DNA of 63,857 nucleotides, the filler included, from Octopus bimaculoides (Eukaryota): assembly GCF_001194135.2 (NCBI RefSeq). It is 8 parts of 8 records of this genome, joined end to end, with 100 filler letters (N's around TTAATTAATTAA, not from the genome) between each part and the next. Parts side by side here need not be neighbours in the genome. Positions count along the whole stretch, not along the records: positions 1 to 11,396 come from NC_068984.1; positions 11,497 to 30,167 come from NC_068985.1; 6 more parts are not named here. One strand, 5' to 3'. A program made the translations under genes and the position numbers. The notes below the pieces were generated by a model. The model did not search any database. It saw nothing but the letters and a program-made list of their open reading frames with translations, and was not told where the DNA came from. This document shows, piece after piece, positions 1 through 12,130 of this stretch (within the stretch, counting starts at the first letter, position 1; every line of letters starts with the position of its first letter).

Positions 1-21
1 AGAGAGAGAGAGAGAGAAAGA

Positions 22-63
<42 letters not shown>

Positions 64-198
64 CCGACAGACAGACAGACACGCAAACAGACAGACACGC
101 AAATAGACAGACACGGAAACAGGCGGACAGACATTTAGACGGACAGATAGATAGATAGGTAGATAGATAGATAGATAGATAGATAGACAGATAGATAT

Positions 199-257
<59 letters not shown>

Positions 258-258
258 T
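1..258. repeat. Compound microsatellite (AG)n/(AGAC)n/(AGAT)n
   Basis: Directly visible tandem repeats. Confidence 0.98.
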
Positions 259-399
259 TGCTGCCATTTGGATAGGGTTAAAATCAAAGATAATCAAAGT
301 ATTTATTCGCCACGCTGCCATGTTGTATCAGCATTAAAGATAGTTCTAAAACTGGTCTGTTATAAAAGTTTGATGTTAGTTCTTTTTTTTTATTGTTCT

Positions 400-960
400 C
401 TTTATCAAGGTATAGCCTCCCATCTTCATCTAGTGTATAGGTACATTAAACATCGTATCTACTTGCAACTCTTTCAATAAGTACTGTCTGGGTTCTCTTT
501 AATACAATCGATTTTCCTATAAAACCTAAGTTCACTGTCCCTTGTCCAAATCCCTGCTTAATCTGTATAAGCAATCTGATCAGATGTTTACTTCGAGTTC
601 TAATTAATAAACCAGGTAATACTTTCATCATTTATACATAGATCATTCTATCTCCCTTCCGCACCGTCTCATTCTATATTTTAATTCATTCCCTTTTTCT
701 CTCACTAAACGATGAATTTTCTCATTAAATTGTCAGCAATTGGATCTCATTCCCAAAACAATTATATTATCAATAATTAACAATGCGGTGTATTTGATTT
801 TATCTCAAGGTAGTAACGTTGATTGTGATAACGTTACTCACATTGTTGATGTTTATAGCCCCGTTAAAAATAGGGTCTTTAAAAGTTTTATGATATATCT
901 TGACCTTAGAAAATATCAAGTAACCACAAGTTAACAATAGTGTTTCTAATCGCTGGAGAT
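400..960 (-). mobile_element. Degraded CR1/L2-type LINE 3' end
   Basis: Minus strand GGAGATAGAATGATCTATGTATAAATGATGAAAG resembles the RRxRGDMIxVYKxxK motif at CR1 ORF2 ends; many stops and frameshifts. Confidence 0.4.
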
Positions 961-1047
961 TCGTTAACTTCATAAAAAAGGTGTTAGTTCCTTTGAAGTA
1001 TCTCTCAGGCGGACATTTGTTATGGACACAAAATAAAGAAAATTAAT

Positions 1048-1132
<85 letters not shown>

Positions 1133-1407
1133 ATAACAGAAAATATTGTGATCTTAAATGTGCATATTTAACTTCAGGCTAAGCGATACTTAGAATTGCG
1201 TCGGGTAAATTGATCATGTGATATAAAATATGCTGAACAAAAAGCTAACCATGAGCTTTTAATCTTTTTGCATATCTTTAGAATCTACTGAATAAATATT
1301 AGTTATAAACTCGCTAAATTTTAGTAGATCTTAACGCATATATTCTTGTCAGAAAATAAGCTTCTATAACTTAAATTTACTTGCTATTAGCTTTGTCACT
1401 TTGTCAG

Positions 1408-1672
1408 ATCGCATAACGTCTTTGAAAATGGTATATGTCCATGTCAGAAATGCGAACTTTTCGTGTGATGCGAAGTAGTTTTACACCCTTTACGTCTCTT
1501 ATAGATTTAAAATTTTATATATGCCTAACAAACTATGTATGCGCAGTCGTCAGACAAGTATTCAACATTACATTTTAGTGGCAAATAATAAATTTATAAC
1601 GTTATAAAGTTCTGGTAAGAGTTATGTGTGATGTCATCTTTAAATCATACGATATATCCTACTTTCTCTTTC

Positions 1673-1724
<52 letters not shown>

Positions 1725-1762
1725 CAGAGACAGACAGGCAAACAGACAGACAGACAGACAGG

Positions 1763-1793
<31 letters not shown>

Positions 1794-1959
1794 ATTCTAG
1801 ACAGCAGCTAGATAGATGTTTAGTATTACCTGTAAATAGGTAATAATTGATTTATACAGGTTTCTGTACAGAGTTCTATATATGTGTGTGTCCGCGTGTG
1901 CATGTGTGTATATTTATGTACGTAAATGCATACACATGCGCACGCATTCTATATATAGC

Positions 1960-2005
<46 letters not shown>

Positions 2006-4243
2006 GGCAGATAGATAGATAGATGTGGTATGTAGTGTGTGTGTATATATATATACGCATATATGTGTGGTGGAGAACATATGTGTCCGCGCGCGCGCAG
2101 GTGTGTGTATGTATGTCGTGTATGTTGTGTGTGTGTGTAGAAACTGAAATATTTCTTCTCAGTATTTCTGTCACTGTTTTTGTCCCCATTTGAAGGTCAG
2201 GTGTATTCGAAAAGAGGGGAAAGTCAGTCACTTTCGAAACTTCCAGTTGCTGCCTAATAGTGTATTCAACAAATGTTGCAAGTAAGGCACAACTTATTGT
2301 TATAATTAATCAGTGTTTTGGAAATAATTATGATTATAATCGATCAATCATTAAATTATCGATTTCTTTAATAAACAGCAAAACTTGTTTAGAGATAAAT
2401 GTTATGAACTTGCATGATGTAATTTTAAAAAATAGCTTGCAATATTGGATCAAAGTATTTCATAGTCATACGTTGTTGTAAGCTTACATTTACTCCACTA
2501 CATTTGCATTTATTCGTTTAACAGCAATACATAGAAATTTACTACTTGCCTTGTGCACAGGTAGGATCTGAAACGACAATTTGCATGATTATTCTTCGTA
2601 CATTCCAGCAGATTCCAGCGCAAATATGCTAGTTGGTCGTGTGTACGTCACAATAAAATAACGTCTCTTTTTTGTGAAGACAATGTGGTCATAAGGCACT
2701 CAGATCAATGGCTCAAAGGATTCTGGCATACAGTTGTTTCGACATGTGTCTCGTCAACCAGAATTGCTCAGGCATTTGGGCGAAAACAATTGTTTATAAT
2801 TTCAGCAAAAGAGTGATTCACATACCGAGCGCTTTCTGTTTAACATTTTCATTTGGTTTTGTTGAATAAACATTAGTTCTTTTTTTCTAGACATAAATAT
2901 ACGGAGGCAATATCTTGAGAAATCTTTGTAAATATTCTGGGGCATAATTTTAAAAGTGTAACATTTATTTTTATACGAAACAATGGGTATAGATCTACAA
3001 AGCAATGAGTTACACGTACCTCACTAGCTGTATATAACCCCAAGAGGATAAATTAAAAAGGTTTCCAATGGTTTCTCTGTCCCAGTGAAGGAATTTTTAC
3101 AGAATACAGGTTAATGAAACATTCGTCTACTGAATTTTGCGGTAATTGTTTCATCCCTAGATCACAAATAGTTACATTCATGGATTGGTAGTCCTGTATG
3201 TTATTGCTTTAAAATTTTTACCAATATTTTACCAAGTATAATTAAAGAGCGTATGATATTTAAGGTTATTGTTATGTAAAATTATAATTATTAGCATTGT
3301 TATGGTAATTGATATTACACAAGGTTGAAATGTTTGCTTAACATACAACAGAAATGTTTTTATGATTTAATTATTATGGGAAGAAAATAATATTAATGGT
3401 TATGATACTAGGAAAACACAATTGGACAATAATATAATTTAAGGCAAATAACATTTTAAAAAATAATGCTTACTACTGCTAGCATTTATCATATATTACC
3501 GAAACTACTATAGGAAATGAGAACTGAATTGCAATTGTGACATCGTGATAGACACCATATATCGGTATCTATTGCACCTTCGTGTGTGTGTGCGTGCGTG
3601 TGATGTGCGTGTGTGTGCGTGCGTGTGACGTGCGTGTGTTTGCGCGCGCATAGGTGTGTGTTATATCGTTGTCTGACATAGAATTTATAATTCCCACCTC
3701 ATTTACATATCAAATAATTGTATGGGTATTATATTTTGTGAAATATGAATACGATTATGTATTCGACATGAGTTTACCTCAACGGAATCCAAGGCAATGT
3801 TAGGCCGAGGTAACCTAAACATTTAAAACCGGCATTCATAGAATGTATAAAATTGTTTTAAGTTGTTTTCTAGGAGAGAGGCTATATACATATAATACAC
3901 ACACACACACATACACGCACATGGATATACATGTATGTATGCATATATATATATATATATATATATAGATATAGATATAGATAGATAGATAGATAGATAG
4001 ATATCTACGTATGTATGTATGTATGTATGTCAACTTGTAGATATTCAGTCGGATATTTGAAAGAAAAGAAAACAATTATTTTCTGCAATATTTGCTCGAG
4101 GAAATATGTCCGCTTGAAGAAAAACTTTTCTCATCAGTATTGAATAAGTGATTTGTTCACCAGGAACAAAAGCAATAATTTCGATTGTTTTATATCAATA
4201 TATAAGAATCAAAAGAACAGCTATCTAACTTTAGATAGGCAAG

Positions 4244-4308
<65 letters not shown>

Positions 4309-5729
4309 ACAAACACATATGTACACGCGCGTGAGCGTATACAAACACACATATACAGATATATATATATATATATGAATGTATGTCTGAATGTACGTAT
4401 GTATGAACGTATGCATATATGAATATATGCATGTATAAGAATCAAAAGAACAACTATCTAACTTTAGATAGGCATGCTCACACACACGCACAAACACACG
4501 AACAAACACACATATACACGCGCGTGAGCGTATACAAACACATATATATGAATGTATATCTGAATGCACGTATGTATGAACGTATGCATATATGAATATA
4601 TACAAGTATATATAAACAGATATGCATGTGTATCCGAACATACACAAACGCAGACATACATACGATGTAACAAATGCAATACAATAGTTAACACACGCAC
4701 AATATAATTATTTGTTTGGGAGAAGCCAATAAGTCGTTACTGAGTTTCAGCGTACAAAACTTCCTTCGTAAATATAAGTTCAATATAACAGATAAAAAGT
4801 ATGTATTGTACTGGAGGAGCAAGCTTTAACCTGCATGACGTGATGTGATTCAGTAAAAAAAAAAATTACCTGCGCGATGTTATTAAAAGGGAAGAAATAT
4901 TTTCAGATTACAATCAGACTGAGAGAATTATAAGTAAAATGGAATTAAAATAAAAGTATCTTTCAGAGTATAATATAAATCAGATGAATAAAAGGGTGGA
5001 TTTAGGAGTGAATATTGAAATTAATGATTAGCTATGTAGTAATTGAATGATTAAGTAAATAAATGGGTGGACGATAAAATACAAATTGAATATAAAATAT
5101 ATAAAATTGAGTGTTAAATAAATATTCGATTAATTAAATAATTAAATAATTGATTGAATAATTAGGTAAATAGGTAGACGATTGAATATGCAGTTTGTTG
5201 CATTATGAAATAATAATTAAATGTATAACTTATGAATAACAACAGGTCATGTACTAATACAAAGATGAGGATATTCAGTGCGTAAATAGGAAGTAAAAAA
5301 GGTGAAATTATTACTGTTACGTAATATATTTTACAGGATACAATATACCAGCTTAAGGTTAAGTTAGGATGAAGTTGTAGTACATGATACGAAAATATCA
5401 TACAAAATTTAGGTTAAGATTTGGAAGCATTCAATAGTTCTTCTGTGATGCACGCTTAAATATTCATAAGGACAAACACTATTGCAAGCGCTTGTGTCGC
5501 GGCGAATGATATTTGCACCAAAATTCTCAACATTCCTCCGAATAATTTTCACATTGTCTCTTACTTGCTTCCTTATCATATCGTCCGTGGTTCAGTCCCA
5601 CTGCGTGGCATCTTGGTTAAATGTCTTCTACTATAACCTTGGGTCGACCAAAGACTTGTGAGTGGTTTTGGTAGACGGAAACTGGAAGAAGCCCATCGAG
5701 TATATATATATACTTAGATAGATAGATAA

Positions 5730-5783
<54 letters not shown>

Positions 5784-6266
5784 GAGTACGCCCGAATGAG
5801 TACGCCCGTGTGTCTGTATTTGTTTCCTACCACTGCTTCACAACCAGTGTTGTGTTTACGTCCTCATAAGCTAGTGGTTTGGCAAAACAGACTGACTGAA
5901 TATGCACCAGGCTCATCAAAAGAATTAACTACAAGAGTCTATTCATTCGGTTAAAATTCTTCAAGGCAGTGCTTCTGCATGGCCACAGTCTAATGGCTGA
6001 AACAAGTAAAACGTAAAAGATAGATGCGTGTGTATAATTGCTTCTGCTTTACTAAAATGTGTGGTCGGCACAAAGATTACAATCCAAATACCTGATAATT
6101 CTCAAAATTTTAAAAGAAAATGCAAATACTGATTCTACAAGTATCATTTACTGCAATCGTGTGGCATGATAGTTTATATTTTTATATTCTGTTCAATTTT
6201 TAAATTTGTTTTCTTCAGTTTCGTCACAGAGGAACTTGTGTTGACGAACTTTTAAATGAAGAGTGA
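1408..6266 (+). CDS. Speculative 3-exon C-terminus (1408-1430, 2525-2560, 6219-6266): ..RITSLKM|QYIEIYYLPCAQ|FRHRGTCVDELLNEE*
   Basis: Pyrimidine-rich AG acceptors before all three segments, GT donors after the first two, phases join without a stop; AATAAA near 6376. No recognisable homology. Confidence 0.2.
4201..4607. repeat. Diverged tandem duplication (4201-4433 and 4434-4607) with internal (CA)n/(TA)n length change
   Basis: tataagaatcaaaagaaca-ctatctaactttagataggca...acacgcgcgtgagcgtatacaaacaca occurs twice. Confidence 0.9.
5587..6022 (+). mobile_element. tRNA-headed SINE (family A) with internal microsatellite
   Basis: Head ggttcagtcccactgcgtggca...ggaagaagccc, then (TA)/(GATA)n, then tail ...catggccacagtctaatggctgaaacaagtaaaa; same layout as 47955-48350. 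Confidence 0.85.
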
Positions 6267-6759
6267 TTTTTTTTCATATAAATTCATCTACAGATAGCTG
6301 GTCCAATATCTCAGTAACACAGTTGTTCTTTTTCTATGCCAGCCTCTTTTTTTGGCAAGGAAAAAACCTGCAAAATAATAAAAGAAAATAAGTCGGTTTT
6401 TTCCTTTCACTAAAGTTTTTATAACAAAGCTAAGTATATGAAATGAGAGTAAAGATTTACAGCGAAATATTTGTCTCGGTAGGGGTAACAAAGTCATATC
6501 GAAACTTCTTGCATAATTTCAACTTCAATTATTGTTGGTACGAACGTCTCTTATTGAAATGTCTACAAAGCATTATAAGTGCAAAACTTGATGGTGTTGT
6601 ATTCTCAGATCAATCCTATGCGATCAGAACCATGATCATCCCGTTATTTTGCATATCAAGAACTCCACTCACTAAATTTTCCTTTTATATTCATGGCATG
6701 AATAGTAGCGACAGCTTATAAGCTTTTATATTATAAACCATGTCTGCTACAGTTACTCA

Positions 6760-7330
6760 AAAATTCAACCACTTATACTTGTATCTTTCGAACGTATCGA
6801 ATCTAATTTTCCTCGGCAGAACGCTGAGTTATAGCTGGTCACTGCTCATCTTCATCTGACCTCCAGTTCAACTCTTTTTCCTCATTCCAGAGACAGCAAG
6901 ACTCACTTTCAACTATATTTTAAAGCTTGCGATCAAATTGCTTCCTCCCCATTTTCATTATTCTTTTCTAAATTTGTCAGCATCTGCAGCTATCCTCAAA
7001 TGGAAATGGCAGATCTATTATCCTTTGTCTCTGCATTGCTAAACCAGACTCCAGTTCTTTGTGGCTTTTCTCTCTGTAGCCTCCTTCATTCCATCTTTCC
7101 ACTGAATCGCCTCGACTTCTCAGATCATATGTCAAATCTCAGGGATGTTTAAATAACCTGGGGAATGTGAAGTTTCCTTCCTACATCCACCTCCATCTCT
7201 CACACCTATGCTGTGTGTAGGAGCCTGTTCTCAGTGTTTCAGAAGAGACTGGCTTCTCCTCCCCATCCTTCTTTAACTGAATGGCTGTGATTAAACTCAT
7301 ATGGATCTGAAGCACTTCAAATTCTCGTTC
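6760..7330 (-). mobile_element. Possible highly degraded Gypsy-like pol fragment
   Basis: GC-shifted island; minus strand gives EVEAIQW and TNLEKNNE..GEEA, reminiscent of the DPEKVEAI and LLKK..F.W.EE RT-connection motifs. Confidence 0.25.
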
Positions 7331-8100
7331 CTTTAAATCATTTTAATGTCGAATAATGTATTTAACACAACAGAATAACTGAAAGTGGCTAATGGCAGTT
7401 TCACGTGAGTATAACAGAATTCGACTGTTTTGTCATAAAATGCACTTTTAAGAGGTTAATCTTAATGACAATTACTGTATTTTGAACTGAAAATTAGATC
7501 ACATCATTAATATAATTCCAAATGCAAGTTATCGTGTATGACTTTATTCAAGCTATTAACATTTGATATTTATTTTGTAAAGGTAACACAATCTAATGAA
7601 TACCGTAGAAATGTCATTTGTTATAAGTTTATACCTCGCTAAGTTTCATGACAATTTATTATGTGTGTCTCAGTTCATTCACTAAGCAAGGTAATAATCT
7701 TCCACTAGGGTATATTACAGCTTATGTATTAGCATATGAATTTTCTACGAGGAATTTGTATCACTGATTTGCATATTACAACAGTATCCAAATATAAATA
7801 ACTGATATTTGAACCTATGTGTCTCTTGGCATTATTTTATAGACATTATTTTGAAGTTTACGGGACACATTGTATCTCATCCCTTCCAATGGTAATGCAT
7901 TAATATTTTTATTGAAAATTATTGAAGTTATTTTTGTTATTATTATTACCATCTATTTTATAGTTGGTATATTGCGTTTTGGGATGACACTGGATACTAT
8001 AAATTGCCCAACTCAAACATAATGTTCGTTAGTTATGATTTTAGAAAGATATTTTATTCGAAAATGATATCACTGTTTATCCTCTAAACTCCACATAAAA

Positions 8101-8113
8101 TCTAAGTCAGTAA

Positions 8114-8179
<66 letters not shown>

Positions 8180-8200
8180 CACCACCACCACCACCGCCAC
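8101..8200. repeat. (AGT)n followed by (CAC)n trinucleotide microsatellite
   Basis: Directly visible. Confidence 0.95.
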
Positions 8201-8689
8201 CATTCTGTAGCAAGTGGCATCACTTACTACACAGCTAATGTATTTGGAGAAATCATGAATATCAGAACTTATACGATAACAACCGTTTATTCTCTGTTAA
8301 ATATAGTCCAGAACCATTGCCATGAGATATCTATGTAATAAATAACACACTTTCAAAATAATGGGTTTCGATAGCTGTTTACAACCTCTAGCTAAAATCT
8401 CATTTCGTCAGTGGTTGTCTATAAGAGACCCTCACTTGACCCTCTTTCTTTTCTTTTTCTTTTTCTTTAGATATCCCATAAATTTTCTAATCACGCTGTT
8501 GTTGGTGGTGATGAATTTTCTACACAAAATTTCCACTAAATATTAGGGTTTCCCATATGTGATATAATTAGTTGAAAACTTCTATTTGGAGAATAACGGT
8601 GAAGTAAATAGAAGTGAACATCATCTTTGAAGCTAAGATGAAAGTAACGGATATAATTATGGTTGCATGGGCGAGTAGTATAGCAGAGC

Positions 8690-8830
8690 GGAGAAAATAA
8701 TTTGCATTACTTAATTACGCTCTTTACATATTTAATTCAAATTCAACAGAAGTCGACTTTACCTTTGATCCTATCAGAGTTGATAAACTAAGTATCAGTT
8801 AAGTACTGGGGGCGATTTAATCGGCTATGT
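8690..8830 (+). mobile_element. Degraded SINE family B (Meta-domain-like)
   Basis: gtcgactttacctttgatcctatcagagttgataaactaagtatcag matches the copies at 53.3-53.7 kb and 61.2-61.4 kb. Confidence 0.7.
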
Positions 8831-9056
8831 TCCTCTTTCAGAAATATGAAGTTCTGTGTCAAAGCTGGAAATCAATAATTATATTTCCACTATAATAAAT
8901 TGATGATAAATAATGATAACTTGTGCATCACTGGACAGTGTGTGTTAGAGGTATATAATCTTTCCATCGGAATCAATAATATTTTGTGTTTCTGAACAGA
9001 ATTTTAAAGTATCTACTATATTATTATATCAAACGAATAAACAATTGACTTAATTA

Positions 9057-9095
<39 letters not shown>

Positions 9096-9174
9096 ACATA
9101 AATGTTTGTGTGCGTATATATGTGTGTATATGTGTATATGTTTGTGTGTAAGATATGTATATATATGTGTGTGC

Positions 9175-9250
<76 letters not shown>

Positions 9251-9289
9251 GTACTTACACGTCTATGTATATACATATGCATATGTGCG

Positions 9290-10200
9290 CACAGGACGTC
9301 ACAAAACATAAACAACAATTAATACGAAGTACGAGGGCATGGAATAAGGGACTTTTTTGCAAGCAACGAAAGAAACAAATGGAAAACAAGACAAGCAACA
9401 CAAAGAACGACCCTTCATCAGTTGTCGCCTGTTTTTCTAGTCCGTATTTCGAACAATTCACGCCAAAATACGCCTTCGATAAAATGGTTGCTCCCGCAAA
9501 GCAAATTAAATCTAATTTGCGATCTTGCGGACGGTCAAGATGGTGACAAAAACATGAGAGTGAAAACAAACAGGAAGGGTTGCTAAGCCTAAACGAGGTT
9601 GTTGTGGAGAACGCGAAGAAACAAGCCTGGACAGGAGACAGAGAACAATATGTCTTCGCTGTCGAGGCGAAACAGGAGGAAGGAAAGAAACACAAGTTAG
9701 GAGAATGGCCGGTGGTCACATGGGGGCCACGTGAGCAAAGGAGGAGGAGTGAGGGAGAGAGATACAGATAGAGAACCGTGAAGTGGAGAGAAGATAAGAG
9801 ATAAAAAGAGAGAGGAGAAGGGGAGGCAAAAGAAAGGAAGAGAGAAAACGAAAGAGTAAAGGACAGAATAGTGGGAGAATAGGAGGCAAAAGAACAAGAA
9901 AAAGGTAGAGAGAAAACGAAAGAGTAAAAGGACAGAATAGTGGGAGAAGAGGGAAAAAAGAAAGAAAGAAAGAAAGAACGAAAGAAAGAAAGAAAGAAAT
10001 AAAGAAAGAAAGAAATAAAGAAAGAAAGAAAGAAAGAAAGAAAGAAGGAAAGATAGAAAGAAGAGTCGCAGCGGAGTTATTAAAATAAAACTTACTTGGA
10101 AAAGGATGCGTGGCGTTCGATCATATAACAATATAAATAATATAATTATACAGACACACACACACAAATACACACGCACACACACACACACATACATGTA
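9290..10200. promoter_or_regulatory. CpG-richer, promoter/5'UTR-like segment with tandem E-boxes
   Basis: Locally high CpG/GC content; CACATG (9717-9722) and CACGTG (9728-9733); GA-rich tract 9760-10070; minus-strand GTAAGT donor near 10095. Confidence 0.3.
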
Positions 10201-11071
10201 TTTGATGTGGACGTGTTCTATCCATGCGAAATTTAAACACTGAGCTGATTCACATTATTTCACTCGAACTAAATATATTGAACGTTATTTTCTTCCACTC
10301 GCTCATTCACTTGAGTAAGCATACNNNNNNNNNNNNNNNNNNNNNNNNNNNNNNNNNNNNNNNNNNNNNNNNNNNNNNNNNNNNNNNNNNNNNNNNNNNN
10401 NNNNNNNNNNNNNNNNNNNNNNNNNNNNNNNNNNNNNNNNNNNNNNNNNNNNNNNNNNNNNNNNNNNNNNNNNNNNNNNNNNNNNNNNNNNNNNNNNNNN
10501 NNNNNNNNNNNNNNNNNNNNNNNNNNNNNNNNNNNNNNNNNNNNNNNNNNNNNNNNNNNNNNNNNNNNNNNNNNNNNNNNNNNNNNNNNNNNNNNNNNNN
10601 NNNNNNNNNNNNNNNNNNNNNNNNNNNNNNNNNNNNNNNNNNNNNNNNNNNNNNNNNNNNNNNNNNNNNNNNNNNNNNNNNNNNNNNNNNNNNNNNNNNN
10701 NNNNNNNNNNNNNNNNNNNNNNNNNNNNNNNNNNNNNNNNNNNNNNNNNNNNNNNNNNNNNNNNNNNNNNNNNNNNNNNNNNNNNNNNNNNNNNNNNNNN
10801 NNNNNNNNNNNNNNNNNNNNNNNNNNNNNNNNNNNNNNNNNNNNNNNNNNNNNNNNNNNNNNNNNNNNNNNNNNNNNNNNNNNNNNNNNNNNNNNNNNNN
10901 NNNNNNNNNNNNNNNNNNNNNNNNNNNNNNNNNNNNNNNNNNNNNNNNNNNNNNNNNNNNNNNNNNNNNNNNNNNNNNNNNNNNNNNNNNNNNNNNNNNN
11001 NNNNNNNNNNNNNNNNNNNNNNNNNNNNNNNNNNNNNNNNNNNNNNNNGGTTTGTGGGTAGGGGGTGGGTG

Positions 11072-11103
<32 letters not shown>

Positions 11104-12051
11104 GTTTATACACTCATACATAAAAACATACACACAAATACACATATATACATTATGGCAGCTAATGACTTTCACATTGTCGCCTACTCAAATCTAGAAT
11201 TACAATGAATTCATCAGAGTCAGTGTGTGTGCCTCTTATTAAGCTATTCTCAAAGGGATTGTGCCTATGTGTGTATACATACATAGATATGTACATGTAT
11301 ATATATGTGTGTGTGTGTGTGTATATATATATATGTATATATATGTATATACACATTCATACATATATACATGTATGTATATATATATATATATATNNNN
11401 NNNNNNNNNNNNNNNNNNNNNNNNNNNNNNNNNNNNNNNNTTAATTAATTAANNNNNNNNNNNNNNNNNNNNNNNNNNNNNNNNNNNNNNNNNNNNGTAC
11501 TCAAGATCATGGCTATAAGCTTTCACTAAGAAATTCTATGCATGCAAGCCTCACAAACATCATTTATCGTATCTTGCCCTTCTTGTGCGACTTCAATCCG
11601 TACTCCGGCGGAACTGTTTGAAGTGGGGTGAAGGCGCATGCTGACCCTTTACGGAAAGAACTTCTGGCAGATTGTACTCGTCAGCTTGTGAAGGCATTTC
11701 ATCTAATACAAGACTATCTCTAATTCCAGACTACCAGTGGCTGAAGTACCTATCCCTTTCCAACATTATTCCAATAAGATCTGCACTAACACTGAAGCAA
11801 ATTTAACGAGACTGTAAATCACTGACCGCTCTTAAATATTTACATTTATATTTACTACTTATTATTAGCTGAAGGAATTGTGTGATCCGATTTTTACCTT
11901 CCATTCAACTATTATTGTATTTCTTTCTAATTTTCGTATTCTTTTATTATAACACTATCAACAACGATTGATGAAATCATGAAATTGTAACAATTACATT
12001 GATCACAATCGATATTATCTTTAATATTTGTCGTGCATAATATATAAATAG

Positions 12052-12130
12052 TTGCTTCATTCGTTCCATCATTAAGATTTCAAACTTGGTCCATTCTACA
12101 AATATTGAAATTTTCTGGATTATGATTAAG
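12052..12130 (+). other. Candidate exon (79 nt) with consensus donor AAG|GTGAGT
   Basis: One open frame CFIRSIIKISNLVHSTNIEIFWIMIK; acceptor weak. Confidence 0.2.

Noticed and set aside
2550-2790. Minus frame with several in-frame TGA codons (selenoprotein idea)
   Set aside because: No selenoprotein-like sequence and no SECIS seen; TGA frequency is unremarkable
9058-9546. ORFs made of YI/CV/HT/poly-I/poly-D runs throughout the window
   Set aside because: Translations of microsatellites
10224-11175. Long ORFs containing X runs (also 31.0-31.6, 39.1-40.2, 41.6-42.5, 50.5-51.3, 59.6-60.0 kb)
   Set aside because: Open only because of N gaps
11441-11452. TTAATTAATTAA islands between N runs (also about 30212, 36897, 52534, 54899, 58994, 62312)
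   Set aside because: Identical 12-mer with stops in all six frames, flanked by similar N pads: an artificial scaffolding linker, not biology
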